A stretch of 64,000 nt of DNA from Longimicrobiales bacterium (GTDB lineage: Bacteria; Gemmatimonadota; Gemmatimonadetes; Longimicrobiales; Gaopeijiaceae), in the NCBI GenBank assembly GCA_965248195.1, contig CBDFIQ010000001.1:352001-416000 (forward strand), given 5' to 3'. The notes under the pieces are model-generated. The model was not told the DNA's origin and ran no database searches. It saw nothing but the letters and a program-made list of their open reading frames with translations. How positions within the stretch are numbered: position 1 is the first letter of the stretch; each line of letters begins with the position of its first letter. This document shows, piece by piece, positions 19,847-29,781 of this stretch. The translations under genes and the position numbers were made by a program.

Positions 19847-20163
19847 CGAACTCGGCGGTCGAGCTCCGCCTGTGCGAAATACGCCGATGCCTTACGCAGA
19901 ATCTCGTTCGCCCGCTTCAGCTCACGATTCTCACGCTCCAGCACCTTCAGTCGCTCACGCTCTTCTGTCTTGAGACCGGGCCGTTGCCCCGTGTCTCGCT
20001 CCGCTCGTCGAACCCATTTACGTAGCGTCTCCGCCGTGCACCCGATCTTCTCCGAGATCGAGCAGATCGCCGCCCACTGTGAGCTGTACTCAGGCTCGTG
20101 CTCGAAAACCATCCGAACGGCTCGCTCCCGTACCTCTGGGGAGTACTGTCCTTTCCTTTTCAT
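19843..20163 (-). CDS. IS3 transposase OrfA
   Basis: [13 protein letters not shown]...[17 protein letters not shown]. Confidence 0.93.
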   Translation of the reverse strand: MKRKGQYSPEVRERAVRMVFEHEPEYSSQWAAICSISEKIGCTAETLRKWVRRAERDTGQRPGLKTEERERLKVLERENRELKRANEILRKASAYFAQAELDRRVR

Positions 20164-20831
20164 GACTCCATCCTCTCAACTGATGGAGTCTCCGGCAAAC
20201 CCGGGGTGATTCAGCTCGACAACTATCGTGAGACGGTAACGACCCTCGCGATAATGGAGCCGATGGTGTCCAACAGCGCCGTGCGAGAGTCGTGCGGCCG
20301 CGGCGATGCGCGCTGGGGCTTCCTAATCGTGCGTAGCACTCTTTTCCTCAACGTGGTTCTGCGTATTGCCAAGCTTGTCTTTGATAAATATTCCAGTACT
20401 CCGAGTGTCCATACGATCGTGGATGAAGTCATGCATCCCGAGGTAGCCGGGATTCTGAAGAACGAATACGTGGATGGGTACTGTGCCGTCGACTCTTCGA
20501 GCGATAGATCGCTTCACGAGGGTGAGTTTGACAGCCACTTGAACGAACTGCGGTCCCTAGCACAGGAAGTCAAAGCCGATCCGTTGTTCCTGTGCGCAAA
20601 GAAGGTGCGAGACAAGTCCATTGCTCACTGGGAAGTGGTATATAGGAACGGCAAGTATGAGTTATATGATATTAGCCAACACGACCTGAAGTGGACATCA
20701 CCGCGAGACATGATTGAGAGGCTTAGGCCGGTCATTGACAAGGTTAATCTAGTAGTCCGCGGTGCGTCATTCGGTTGGGAATCCCTCAAATCCGGTAGTG
20801 AAGGCATAGCTGACGGCTACTGGGCGGCGGC

Positions 20832-22004
20832 GTGTGCCGCTGGACAGCACGACGCAGCCCCCTGAAGACCGCCGCCGCCGCTGGGAGATGGTCGACGAAG
20901 CAACCGAAGTGGCAGCTGCTCTTCGTGCTCCCGAATCTCCTGTTGAAGGAGGGCGGCTCGGGACCCTCTCAACTGGATCTTGGGCTAGAGGGCTTGGCGA
21001 TCGTTTCGGCCACGGATCCGCGAGTCGTCGAGATCAAGGAGTGGTCAGAGGACGCCTGTAGGTTTCTGGGCTCTTTCCACAATGGAGACCGGAAGCCGAT
21101 CATCCCCTCCGTCCTCATCGTACGGAATGACTGGCAGTCGAGACTTGGCCAGGATCCCGAGCCGGTGATCTCGTTTCGCAATGCCGCTGCTCTCGCCTGC
21201 ATCTTGCCCGTTAGAACGGGATCGCCAGAGGGGGCTTGGGGAGGGCCAGCGTGGTCCGACACTTTCGATCTACATCCATGTCAACTGAAGCCTGACGGCT
21301 CACATTGGTCCATTCATACTCCAGCGCTCAACAAGGGCCCCATCCCCTTAGATGAACTATCGCTCACAACCGATTTGGGTCTCTCACGACCACCACCATT
21401 GACCCTTGACTGTCATCTTGCGGAACGCCTTGGTCACGTCTGGTGCAGGCGGTATTGGCGAGGTCAAGACAAGCAAAAGGCGCTGCGGGTCTTTCGCTCT
21501 CTCGAATCGGCTTACGAAGCGCTCGCCATCCGTTTCAAGAACTTCGCATCTCCTAACGAAGTCGGACTGGGGACGGTCCCGTGGGCAACAGCGGTCGAAG
21601 TGTTGGCGTCTCCAGGTAGCAGAAACGTCCAGAAGTGGGACTGCACTTGCCTCATCGATCGGGGACGGCGGCCTTGTGACCCGAGACTCCGGACCCGCAA
21701 GTACTGGTGCATGACGCAGAAGGAAAAGCGACGGTATCTCACTCTTCCTCAGCGGATCTACCTGCATCTCCACGACGCTCGGAGCAAGTTCGTCCACGGG
21801 GACAAGATCTCCCAGAATCTGTTAGCGCCGTTTCCAAACGGAGCCCCGCTATTGTCGCTGGCTTCAACCGTCTATCGCATCGCTCTAGTATCTTACTTAG
21901 AAGAGCACTGGCCGGTGCGTGATGCGTGGTTGCGGGATCTTGCCGGGAGTTTCGACTACGAGCGCCACCTACTTAAGGCGATCGACGGCGGCGACGGGAT
22001 GTGA
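20832..22004 (+). CDS. Apea-like HEPN domain protein
   Basis: C-terminal ARSKFVHG (Rx4H), preceded by WATAVEVL; start uncertain. Confidence 0.65.
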   Translation: MCRWTARRSPLKTAAAAGRWSTKQPKWQLLFVLPNLLLKEGGSGPSQLDLGLEGLAIVSATDPRVVEIKEWSEDACRFLGSFHNGDRKPIIPSVLIVRNDWQSRLGQDPEPVISFRNAAALACILPVRTGSPEGAWGGPAWSDTFDLHPCQLKPDGSHWSIHTPALNKGPIPLDELSLTTDLGLSRPPPLTLDCHLAERLGHVWCRRYWRGQDKQKALRVFRSLESAYEALAIRFKNFASPNEVGLGTVPWATAVEVLASPGSRNVQKWDCTCLIDRGRRPCDPRLRTRKYWCMTQKEKRRYLTLPQRIYLHLHDARSKFVHGDKISQNLLAPFPNGAPLLSLASTVYRIALVSYLEEHWPVRDAWLRDLAGSFDYERHLLKAIDGGDGM

Positions 22005-22061
22005 CGCCGAGTTGACGGACCTAGTTCCGTCGCCGGGCGCGCAAGAAGTGGGAGAGCCACC

Positions 22062-22192
22062 GGGCCGCGTCGTCTGGTGGGCGCACACGGAGAAGGGGGT
22101 CAAGCGCCAGCATCAGCTTGAGCAAGCAGCAGACGGGATCGCCGCGTCATCGTAGGCGCGGACACTTTTGTTTCACCAGCCGCTATCCCCCC
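22062..22192 (+). repeat. ~131-bp direct repeat, copy 2
   Basis: Matches 17835-17966 except around the cI stop codon. Confidence 0.95.
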
Positions 22193-22223
22193 TGGCGGGG
22201 GGTGGAGAGAGGAGGGGTTAGCC

Positions 22224-22598
22224 ATGCGTAAGAGCACACCGTTGTTGGCCGTCCTAGCCGCCGCCTGCGTGTCCGTGGGTAAGAGTGTTCTGGATACATC
22301 CTTCCAGACAGCCCCCGTGGAGCGGGACAACGTCTTTGTCTATGTCGCAGGAGACAGCGTTCCCGAGCATACCCGCATCGCTCTGTTGGATGCCAAAGGG
22401 GACACCGACTGGACGGACGAAGGAGACCTTCTCAACAAACTCCGAGAGGAAGCCGGGAAACTCGGTGCGAACGCGATCATTTGGGGTGACACGGAGGACG
22501 CGGGAACCGGGGCCAGAGTAGCCCAGGCGCTCCTGGGGACCAGCGCCAATCGGTCCACGACGGCAGTGGCAATCTACGTACCATCAAGGGAGCGATAG
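22224..22598 (+). CDS. Lipoprotein (YbjQ/RcsF-like fold)
   Basis: Lipobox LAAAC; LREEAGKLGANAII; strong SD. Confidence 0.75.
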   Translation: MRKSTPLLAVLAAACVSVGKSVLDTSFQTAPVERDNVFVYVAGDSVPEHTRIALLDAKGDTDWTDEGDLLNKLREEAGKLGANAIIWGDTEDAGTGARVAQALLGTSANRSTTAVAIYVPSRER

Positions 22599-22662
22599 GC
22601 CACTAGGCGCACTCGCGGATAGATACGCCTTTTGACGGCCCCGATGTGGTAGAGTGCGTCCC

Positions 22663-22764
22663 ATGACCCTCCGCGTCTTTCGGTGGGACAGCCCACCAGC
22701 CGATACCGGACATCCCGGTAACGATGTCATGTGTCGCTGCGGAGCCGAGGCAGTCTTCGAGTGA
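22663..22764 (+). other. 33-aa ORF resembling the C-terminus of Mu gpF/SPP1 gp7 minor head protein
   Basis: [26 protein letters not shown]. Confidence 0.55.
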
Positions 22765-22861
22765 GGAAGCTCTAGCAGCATTCTGAAAGCGTTCGCTTCA
22801 CTCCTTGTAAGATTCTCACAGTCTGCCCTGATCTTCGCTCAAAAAACACCTGTATCACCCC

Positions 22862-22890
22862 TTGACCTAGATACGGCATTGCCGTATATT
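22862..22890 (+). promoter_or_regulatory. higBA promoter with palindromic operator
   Basis: TTGACC-17-TATATT; ATACGGC-ATT-GCCGTAT palindrome at 22871-22887. Confidence 0.8.
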
Positions 22891-22896
22891 ATATCC

Positions 22897-23244
22897 ATGC
22901 ACACGGTCATCGAAACTCCTACTTTCATCAGCAAATGCCGGCGATACCGAGTTAGCGATGACGAGCGCGAGGCGATCATCGGTTTCATCGCTGCCAATCC
23001 CGAGTCTGGCGACGCAATCAAGGGGTCCGGTGGTGCTCGCAAGGTTCGGTTTGCCGCTCCGGGAAGGGGCAAGAGTGGTGGCTACCGAGTGGTGACATTC
23101 TACAGCGGCACGGAAGTTCCCGTGTTTCTGCTGTCGATCTTTGCCAAAGGTCACAAGACAGACTTGGCGAAATCGGAAATCAACGCCTTGCGAACCATAC
23201 TGGACGCACTGGCCGACGAGTACCGAAGGAGGATCACACCATGA
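22897..23244 (+). CDS. higB: RelE/HigB-family toxin
   Basis: VIETPTF...NPESGDAIKGSGGARKVRF...GKSGGYRV. Confidence 0.88.
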   Translation: MHTVIETPTFISKCRRYRVSDDEREAIIGFIAANPESGDAIKGSGGARKVRFAAPGRGKSGGYRVVTFYSGTEVPVFLLSIFAKGHKTDLAKSEINALRTILDALADEYRRRITP

Positions 23245-23573
23245 CCAAGGCTGGCGAAGAGCTGATCAACGCGGCGACGGAAGCTCTCGAATTTGTGCGC
23301 GATAACGCTGATCATGGGGAGTATCGAGTTCACCTCCCCGATGAAATCAACCCTCGGTTGATCCGCTCACGTTTGAATATGAGCCAGCGAACGTTCGCCG
23401 AGACCTTCACCATTGAACTGCGAACACTTCAAGACTGGGAGCAGGGGCGCCGCGTCCCCAACGGTGCAGCACAAACACTATTGAGGATCATTCACTTTGA
23501 GCCCGAGGCTGCCAAGCGCGCTATTGCGCACGAGTCTGTTGGGGCCGGAGGGCAGGATTCGGAAGTGTTGTAG
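23241..23573 (+). CDS. higA: HigA-type HTH antitoxin
   Basis: IRSRLNMSQRTFA...TLQDWEQGRRVP; ATGA coupling after the toxin. Confidence 0.88.
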   Translation: MTKAGEELINAATEALEFVRDNADHGEYRVHLPDEINPRLIRSRLNMSQRTFAETFTIELRTLQDWEQGRRVPNGAAQTLLRIIHFEPEAAKRAIAHESVGAGGQDSEVL

Positions 23574-23793
23574 GAGCCGTTGCAGATTCCTCCACCTCGA
23601 TCGAGGTCGAGAAACAGGCAACGGGGCCGAGCCACGCGGTCAGGTGTACGAGGAGGGATCTGTGATGGAAAAAGGGGCTTCGCTAAAGCAGCCTGTGACG
23701 ACCACGGAGGTTGCAATTGTCGGCAATAACATACTTGCGGTACCCAGGAATGGGGGATAGAATATGATCCCCCGTTTCCTTGAGGATTACCCA

Positions 23794-26440
23794 ATGGCAT
23801 GGAACACGTTGGAGCATACGAAGTCCAAGGTGGATCGGGCTGGGGGAACACTGAAGTCAGGCAACGAGCACGGTACCTTCAAGTCCTTCCAGGACTACCT
23901 AGATCGCACCGAAGCCCTGGACGTTATTAACAACTTCCGCTCGTCACATGGTTATCCACTTCACGTGATTACCATGAGGCTCCGCCAGAATGCGCCTAAG
24001 ATAGATGATCAAGCGATTGTGGCTCAACGGTTGAAGCGTCTCGTCTCGATTGACGCAAAGCTGCGCCGCTTTTCCTGGCTCAAGCTGTCCCGCATGCAGG
24101 ACATAGGCGGTTGTCGGGCTGTCCTAGGGAGCGTGACCAGGGTTGAGCGGCTGCATGAGTGGTATTCTACCCGCCAGTGTGCATCCAAGATGCGGCGAGT
24201 GGACAATTACATCGAGAATCCGAAATCGGACGGATATCGCGGTATTCACTACGTCTATGAGTACCGCAGCACGACCGAGCAATACGAGGTCTACAACGGC
24301 TTCCAAGTTGAAGTGCAGCTACGTTCCGCCCTTCAACATGCTTCGGAACCTGTCAACGACAATGGGACACTCTACGGGATTAATTAGAGAGCAATATCCT
24401 GTGTGGTGAGGGAAGGGATGGGAGGATTGATGTAGACGGCCTCCGGGAGCGGTTTGGGCTTCGGCACACCTGTGACGAAGCGTTCGGGATGAGCGGCCCA
24501 TGCTTCGCGGAGCACGGATTTCCTGCCGGCAATGACCTGATCGGCGTTCCCGAAGTGGACCTGCTCGGGGGTTAGCATCGAGATACCGCCATGGCGGTGC
24601 TCGGCATTGTACCAGCGGAAGAACGATCGACACAACGTCTTGGCCTGGCCCTGATCCCCGAACCGCCCGGGAAACGAGGGATGGTACTTCAAGGTTTTGA
24701 ACTGAGCCTCGGAAAACGGGTTGTCATCCGACACCTGAGGCCGGCTCAACGAGCGAGTCACGCCGAGGTCAGCGAGAAGTTGAGCGGTGCATTGGCTCGT
24801 CATTGGAGCTCCCCGATCCGAGTGCAGGGTCAGGACCCGGGGCTGGACGCCATGCTTCAGGCAGCTCTGCTGGATCAACCGGCCGGCCAGGGCCGAGTTC
24901 TCCCGGTCCGCCACCATCCAGCCCACGACGTAGCGGCTGTAGATGTCCATGATGACGTAGAGGTAGTAATAGCTCCACTTCTTCGGCCCGAGTAGCCGCG
25001 TGATATCCCAGGACCACACCTGGTTCGGCGCCGTGGCCATCAACTCGGGCTTCTTGTACTCGGGATGGGTGCGCTGCGCCCGGCGTTCCTGAACCGGCAC
25101 CTCGGAGGCCAGAACACGATACATCGTGCGTTCGCTGCACAGGTAGACCTCTTCGTCGAGCAGCGTGGCCACCACCTCGGCGGGTGAGCGGTCCACGAAC
25201 CGCTCCGAACACAGCGTGTCGAAGACCTCGCCTCGTTCCGTCTCGCTCAATGCCCGGGCGGGCGTCGGGCGGGGCTGCCGTTGCCCGGTCGATGGGCCTC
25301 GACGACGGTAGAACGTCGATCGGGAGACCTCGAGAGCCGCGCACGCCGGTTTTACACCGACGTGCTTAGCCAGCTCATCGGCCGCCTTCAAGAGTTCGTC
25401 CCGTCGTCGAGGCTTATCCCCAGCAGCCCCGCAACTTTTCCCTGCACGTCGATGATCAGGTGTGCCTTCCTGAGCTCATTCTCGAGCCGTGCGTTTTGCC
25501 GCTCCAGCTTGCGTACCTTCTCATCCAGCGGATTCCGCTCCGGCTTGCGGCCGCGTTTCTTCGACAGGGCCTTCAGCGACCCGCTATGCGCCGCCTTGCG
25601 CCACGTCGTCAGGTGCGACGAGTACAGGCCCTCGCGCCGCAGGAGCTGACCCACCTCGCCGGGCTCGGTGCACCGGTCCGCTTCTTCGACGATCCGCAGC
25701 TTGTACGATGGACTGAACCGCCGGCGTAGCGGCCTATCTACTACCTCCGGGTCCGCAGGAGCTGCCGCGCTTCGCTTGGCCTCCCCGATTCCAGGGGCAC
25801 TACCATTCTCTTCCATTCTCTCTCGCAGTCCCAACATGTTCGTTTTCTCTGCCTTCGCCCTACTCTAATTCTTTGCGTGCTCCGTGTCTCACGTACGTTG
25901 GCAGAGAGGGCTTGGGCTACCGCAACGGAGACAGTATCAACGTTTACTGGCCAACGGCTTAAGGGGGGATTGGGAGAGGTAGAATGGTTTCGCTTCTTCA
26001 CACTTATGGCGAACGCTCTGGCGATGCGTGAGAAACGCGCCCTTGTACCAGACGCCCCAGATGATGAAGGCGAGCTTGTTGCTGAACTGACGGATTTGGC
26101 TGGGACATTAAACGTAGAAGTCGTACTCCGTGGATGGCAGACAGCCATGGAAATTCTAGGGGAGGCCCCTAAGGACGCTAGGGTGTTTCTCCTAGTCCTC
26201 AACCCCACCGAAAGGACCCTGGAGGCGATCCCATTCAGTGCAGAGCATGCAGCACTGGCGTCGAACCGATATCTAGAGGTAGAGAAAGAGATTGCGAAAA
26301 AACCAAATATCGAAGCGGTGCTCGTAAAGACGGACTCAGTCGCGGCGCTAAGGAAAGCGTATCCGAATTACTACGTGGACATGAACTCATTTCTAAACGC
26401 TATGGCTCTGGCGCTTCACTCCCCGGTCTTGGCCGGGTAA
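23794..26440 (+). pseudogene. capRel: Fused CapRel-like toxSAS (RelA/SpoT SYNTH plus C-terminal antitoxin), split by IS3 copy 2
   Basis: QRLKR, MQDIGGCR, GYRGIH, EVQLR-SALQHA|WAT across the TSD ctt; C-terminal LRKAYPNYYVD (YxxY). Confidence 0.82.
24344..25910 (-). mobile_element. IS3-family element, copy 2 (OrfB 24384-25391, OrfA 25388-25837)
   Basis: Same as copy 1; TSD CTT. Confidence 0.95.
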
Positions 26441-26681
26441 GAATGTGCGTCGTCAATGCGATCATTCGTCTGAGGCCCGATCCCCGACGGCCACGAACTC
26501 GCCGTCTGGACGGAAGCCTAGGCCAGCCACGCGGTCGGGTGGACGGGGAGGACGATGCGATGGAGAAGGCGGAGCCCAGCTGCTGTAGGAAACCGATGGC
26601 CTGTCAGAGGGGTTTAACACTTGTGTACGGACTGTCCCAACGTATTTTCTCGGTGCATGGACCCAATATGGGAGGCTGAGT

Positions 26682-28443
26682 ATGAGTGATGCGGAACCTG
26701 TCAACGACAATGGGACACTCTACGGGATTAATTAGAGAGCAATATCCTGTGTGGTGAGGGAAGGGATGGGAGGATTGATGTAGACGGCCTCCGGGAGCGG
26801 TTTGGGCTTCGGCACACCTGTGACGAAGCGTTCGGGATGAGCGGCCCATGCTTCGCGGAGCACGGATTTCCTGCCGGCAATGACCTGATCGGCGTTCCCG
26901 AAGTGGACCTGCTCGGGGGTTAGCATCGAGATACCGCCATGGCGGTGCTCGGCATTGTACCAGCGGAAGAACGATCGACACAACGTCTTGGCCTGGCCCT
27001 GATCCCCGAACCGCCCGGGAAACGAGGGATGGTACTTCAAGGTTTTGAACTGAGCCTCGGAAAACGGGTTGTCATCCGACACCTGAGGCCGGCTCAACGA
27101 GCGAGTCACGCCGAGGTCAGCGAGAAGTTGAGCGGTGCATTGGCTCGTCATTGGAGCTCCCCGATCCGAGTGCAGGGTCAGGACCCGGGGCTGGACGCCA
27201 TGCTTCAGGCAGCTCTGCTGGATCAACCGGCCGGCCAGGGCCGAGTTCTCCCGGTCCGCCACCATCCAGCCCACGACGTAGCGGCTGTAGATGTCCATGA
27301 TGACGTAGAGGTAGTAATAGCTCCACTTCTTCGGCCCGAGTAGCCGCGTGATATCCCAGGACCACACCTGGTTCGGCGCCGTGGCCATCAACTCGGGCTT
27401 CTTGTACTCGGGATGGGTGCGCTGCGCCCGGCGTTCCTGAACCGGCACCTCGGAGGCCAGAACACGATACATCGTGCGTTCGCTGCACAGGTAGACCTCT
27501 TCGTCGAGCAGCGTGGCCACCACCTCGGCGGGTGAGCGGTCCACGAACCGCTCCGAACACAGCGTGTCGAAGACCTCGCCTCGTTCCGTCTCGCTCAATG
27601 CCCGGGCGGGCGTCGGGCGGGGCTGCCGTTGCCCGGTCGATGGGCCTCGACGACGGTAGAACGTCGATCGGGAGACCTCGAGAGCCGCGCACGCCGGTTT
27701 TACACCGACGTGCTTAGCCAGCTCATCGGCCGCCTTCAAGAGTTCGTCCCGTCGTCGAGGCTTATCCCCAGCAGCCCCGCAACTTTTCCCTGCACGTCGA
27801 TGATCAGGTGTGCCTTCCTGAGCTCATTCTCGAGCCGTGCGTTTTGCCGCTCCAGCTTGCGTACCTTCTCATCCAGCGGATTCCGCTCCGGCTTGCGGCC
27901 GCGTTTCTTCGACAGGGCCTTCAGCGACCCGCTATGCGCCGCCTTGCGCCACGTCGTCAGGTGCGACGAGTACAGGCCCTCGCGCCGCAGGAGCTGACCC
28001 ACCTCGCCGGGCTCGGTGCACCGGTCCGCTTCTTCGACGATCCGCAGCTTGTACGATGGACTGAACCGCCGGCGTAGCGGCCTATCTACTACCTCCGGGT
28101 CCGCAGGAGCTGCCGCGCTTCGCTTGGCCTCCCCGATTCCAGGGGCACTACCATTCTCTTCCATTCTCTCTCGCAGTCCCAACATGTTCGTTTTCTCTGC
28201 CTTCGCCCTACTCTAATTCTTTGCGTGCTCCGTGTCTCACGTACGTTGGCAGAGAGGGATGCGCCGGATCGGGCTAAGGTCACGGTGAGGGATTCGGGTG
28301 TCCGTACAGTATCTGTAGCTGACATCCTGAGGAGCAGAGCAGGTCAAGAAGCAATCCGCGAGACGGCCAAGCTCGGGCTCGGCTCCGAGGCCAGTGCAAG
28401 AACAGAGAAGAGCGATCCCGAGGTGAGCCCGCCAGACAGTTAG
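26682..28443 (+). pseudogene. Small protein split at codon 4 by IS3 copy 3
   Basis: GGAGG SD; reconstructed MSDAPDRAKVTVRDSGVRTVSVADILRSRAGQEAIRE... Confidence 0.7.
26692..28258 (-). mobile_element. IS3-family element, copy 3 (OrfB 26732-27739, OrfA 27736-28185)
   Basis: Same as copy 1; TSD ATG. Confidence 0.95.
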
Positions 28444-28446
28444 CAC

Positions 28447-29157
28447 GTGCCGTTCAACGTACTCCTCCTTCCCCTCCTCGGGGGATACGTCTTTATTTCA
28501 CACTGGAACAAGACGCGGTTCGGTGCCCGGAGGTACACGGGCCAACGGCTGATCCTCCACTCGGCCCTCGCAGGTGTCTGTTTGTTCCTGGTCTCTTTCT
28601 TGATTACAAAGTTCGGTGCTATCTGCTTTCCTGAACTTCTCTCTTGGTGGCGTGCGTATGTTTCCCGTGAATCGTTTGCGGGGACGTCGTTTCTCGCATT
28701 TCTAATAGGGTCGGTGGGATGGAAGCCGATAAACTGGTTCTTTGACAGAAATATCGAGTCTTTGCGGGCAGTTAAGGAGTCGGGGGATTTTCTTGAGGAA
28801 CTCCTAGAGCACTCCAAAACAGAGACCAAGCAGGTGTCCGTCACGCTGAGGTCCGGCAAGATCTATGTGGGGTTCGTGACGGGTTCCTTTGACCCCGCCT
28901 TCGATCGAAAATATGTGAGCCTCTTTACCACGCTGAGTGGCTACCGTGAGTCGACGACCCAGCAGATGAAGATCTCTCACAACTATGCTATCACGTGGAC
29001 GGAGGAGCTGGAGGCGGAGGAGCTGGACGAGAGGTTTCAGTTGGTCATCCCGGTATCCGAGATCGTTTCCGCGAACCTCTTTGAGCCAGAGATCTACATG
29101 CAATTCCAGAGATCCACGCTCGACCAGTTAAGAATCGATACACGCATTACCGACTAG
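28447..29157 (+). CDS. Membrane protein (3 TM plus beta-rich C-terminal domain), unknown function
   Basis: MPFNVLLLPLLGGYVF..., VTLRSGKIYVG, LSGYR; lower GC than flanks. Confidence 0.8.
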   Translation: MPFNVLLLPLLGGYVFISHWNKTRFGARRYTGQRLILHSALAGVCLFLVSFLITKFGAICFPELLSWWRAYVSRESFAGTSFLAFLIGSVGWKPINWFFDRNIESLRAVKESGDFLEELLEHSKTETKQVSVTLRSGKIYVGFVTGSFDPAFDRKYVSLFTTLSGYRESTTQQMKISHNYAITWTEELEAEELDERFQLVIPVSEIVSANLFEPEIYMQFQRSTLDQLRIDTRITD

Positions 29158-29558
29158 CGATCACATACCCAGCCGCGAACACCGCAGCGTACTTGAGGAC
29201 ACCGACCATCGGGTCGGACCAGCTGCCTTGGCTCTGAGTGCACTGGACCGCTCGGCTCGAAGCGGGGCCCACGGCCGGTGTTAGCCTTCGCGTCCGAGGG
29301 CAAGGTTCATACGGTCGTCGTGGCTGCCGTTTCGCATCACGCGAGGCGGTTAGGTGGTGGCCGGTGCTTCTTTGCTTCTCAACGGTTGCGGCCACGTTTC
29401 TTGGGGGGTCGCCACGTATCGACACAGAACTTGTCATCGTCCCGCTGCTCTAACAGACTGTTCACTCCCCTTTTGGGAAACGTTCGGGTGGCTCAGTGGC
29501 CGGCTTAGGGGGGCGTTAGAATTCAAACTGTACCACTACCGAACGGACCGTGAAGGCT

Positions 29559-29663
29559 CGCGGGAGATTCAAGAGACTTACCGCGGAATCGACCGTGACG
29601 TCATATTCTGTCCCCTCCGCGACACATCATTTTGGGGATCACACGGTCGCTTGAGTCTTCGCG
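29559..29663 (+). ncRNA. Putative structured RNA (nested stems plus pseudoknot)
   Basis: Stems 29559-29573/29650-29663, 29590-29597/29642-29649, 29611-29615/29634-29638; possible pseudoknot 29582-29587/29616-29621. Confidence 0.4.
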
Positions 29664-29781
29664 GCGATTCTAGTCCCAGCCCACCATCCCCCCGCCCACC
29701 CAACCCCCGATATTTCGCGCGAAATCTTTGAACCGCCTGCAGGAGATGATCGTGGGGTTGGTCTTATGGGATCCGGAGTGT

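Larger units (their letters stand above)
18896..20213 (-). mobile_element. IS3-family element (IS51/IS629-like group)
   Basis: IRs TGAATCGCCCCGGGTT/TGAATCACCCCGGGTT; 4-bp TSD GCTC (18892-18895, 20214-20217). Confidence 0.95.
18809..20865 (+). pseudogene. AbiU2-like HEPN protein interrupted by IS3
   Basis: Removing the IS and TSD gives ...KLKAHAEHLLDNYRE...; RDKSIAH Rx5H HEPN motif. Confidence 0.7.

Noticed and set aside
24344..28258. Composite transposon formed by IS copies 2 and 3
   Set aside because: Each copy has its own TSD and interrupts its own gene, so they are independent insertions
17835..29157. Integron cassette array or diversity-generating retroelement
   Set aside because: No IntI-type integrase nearby, no attC R-box pattern recognised, no reverse transcriptase; repeat differences are not adenine-specific
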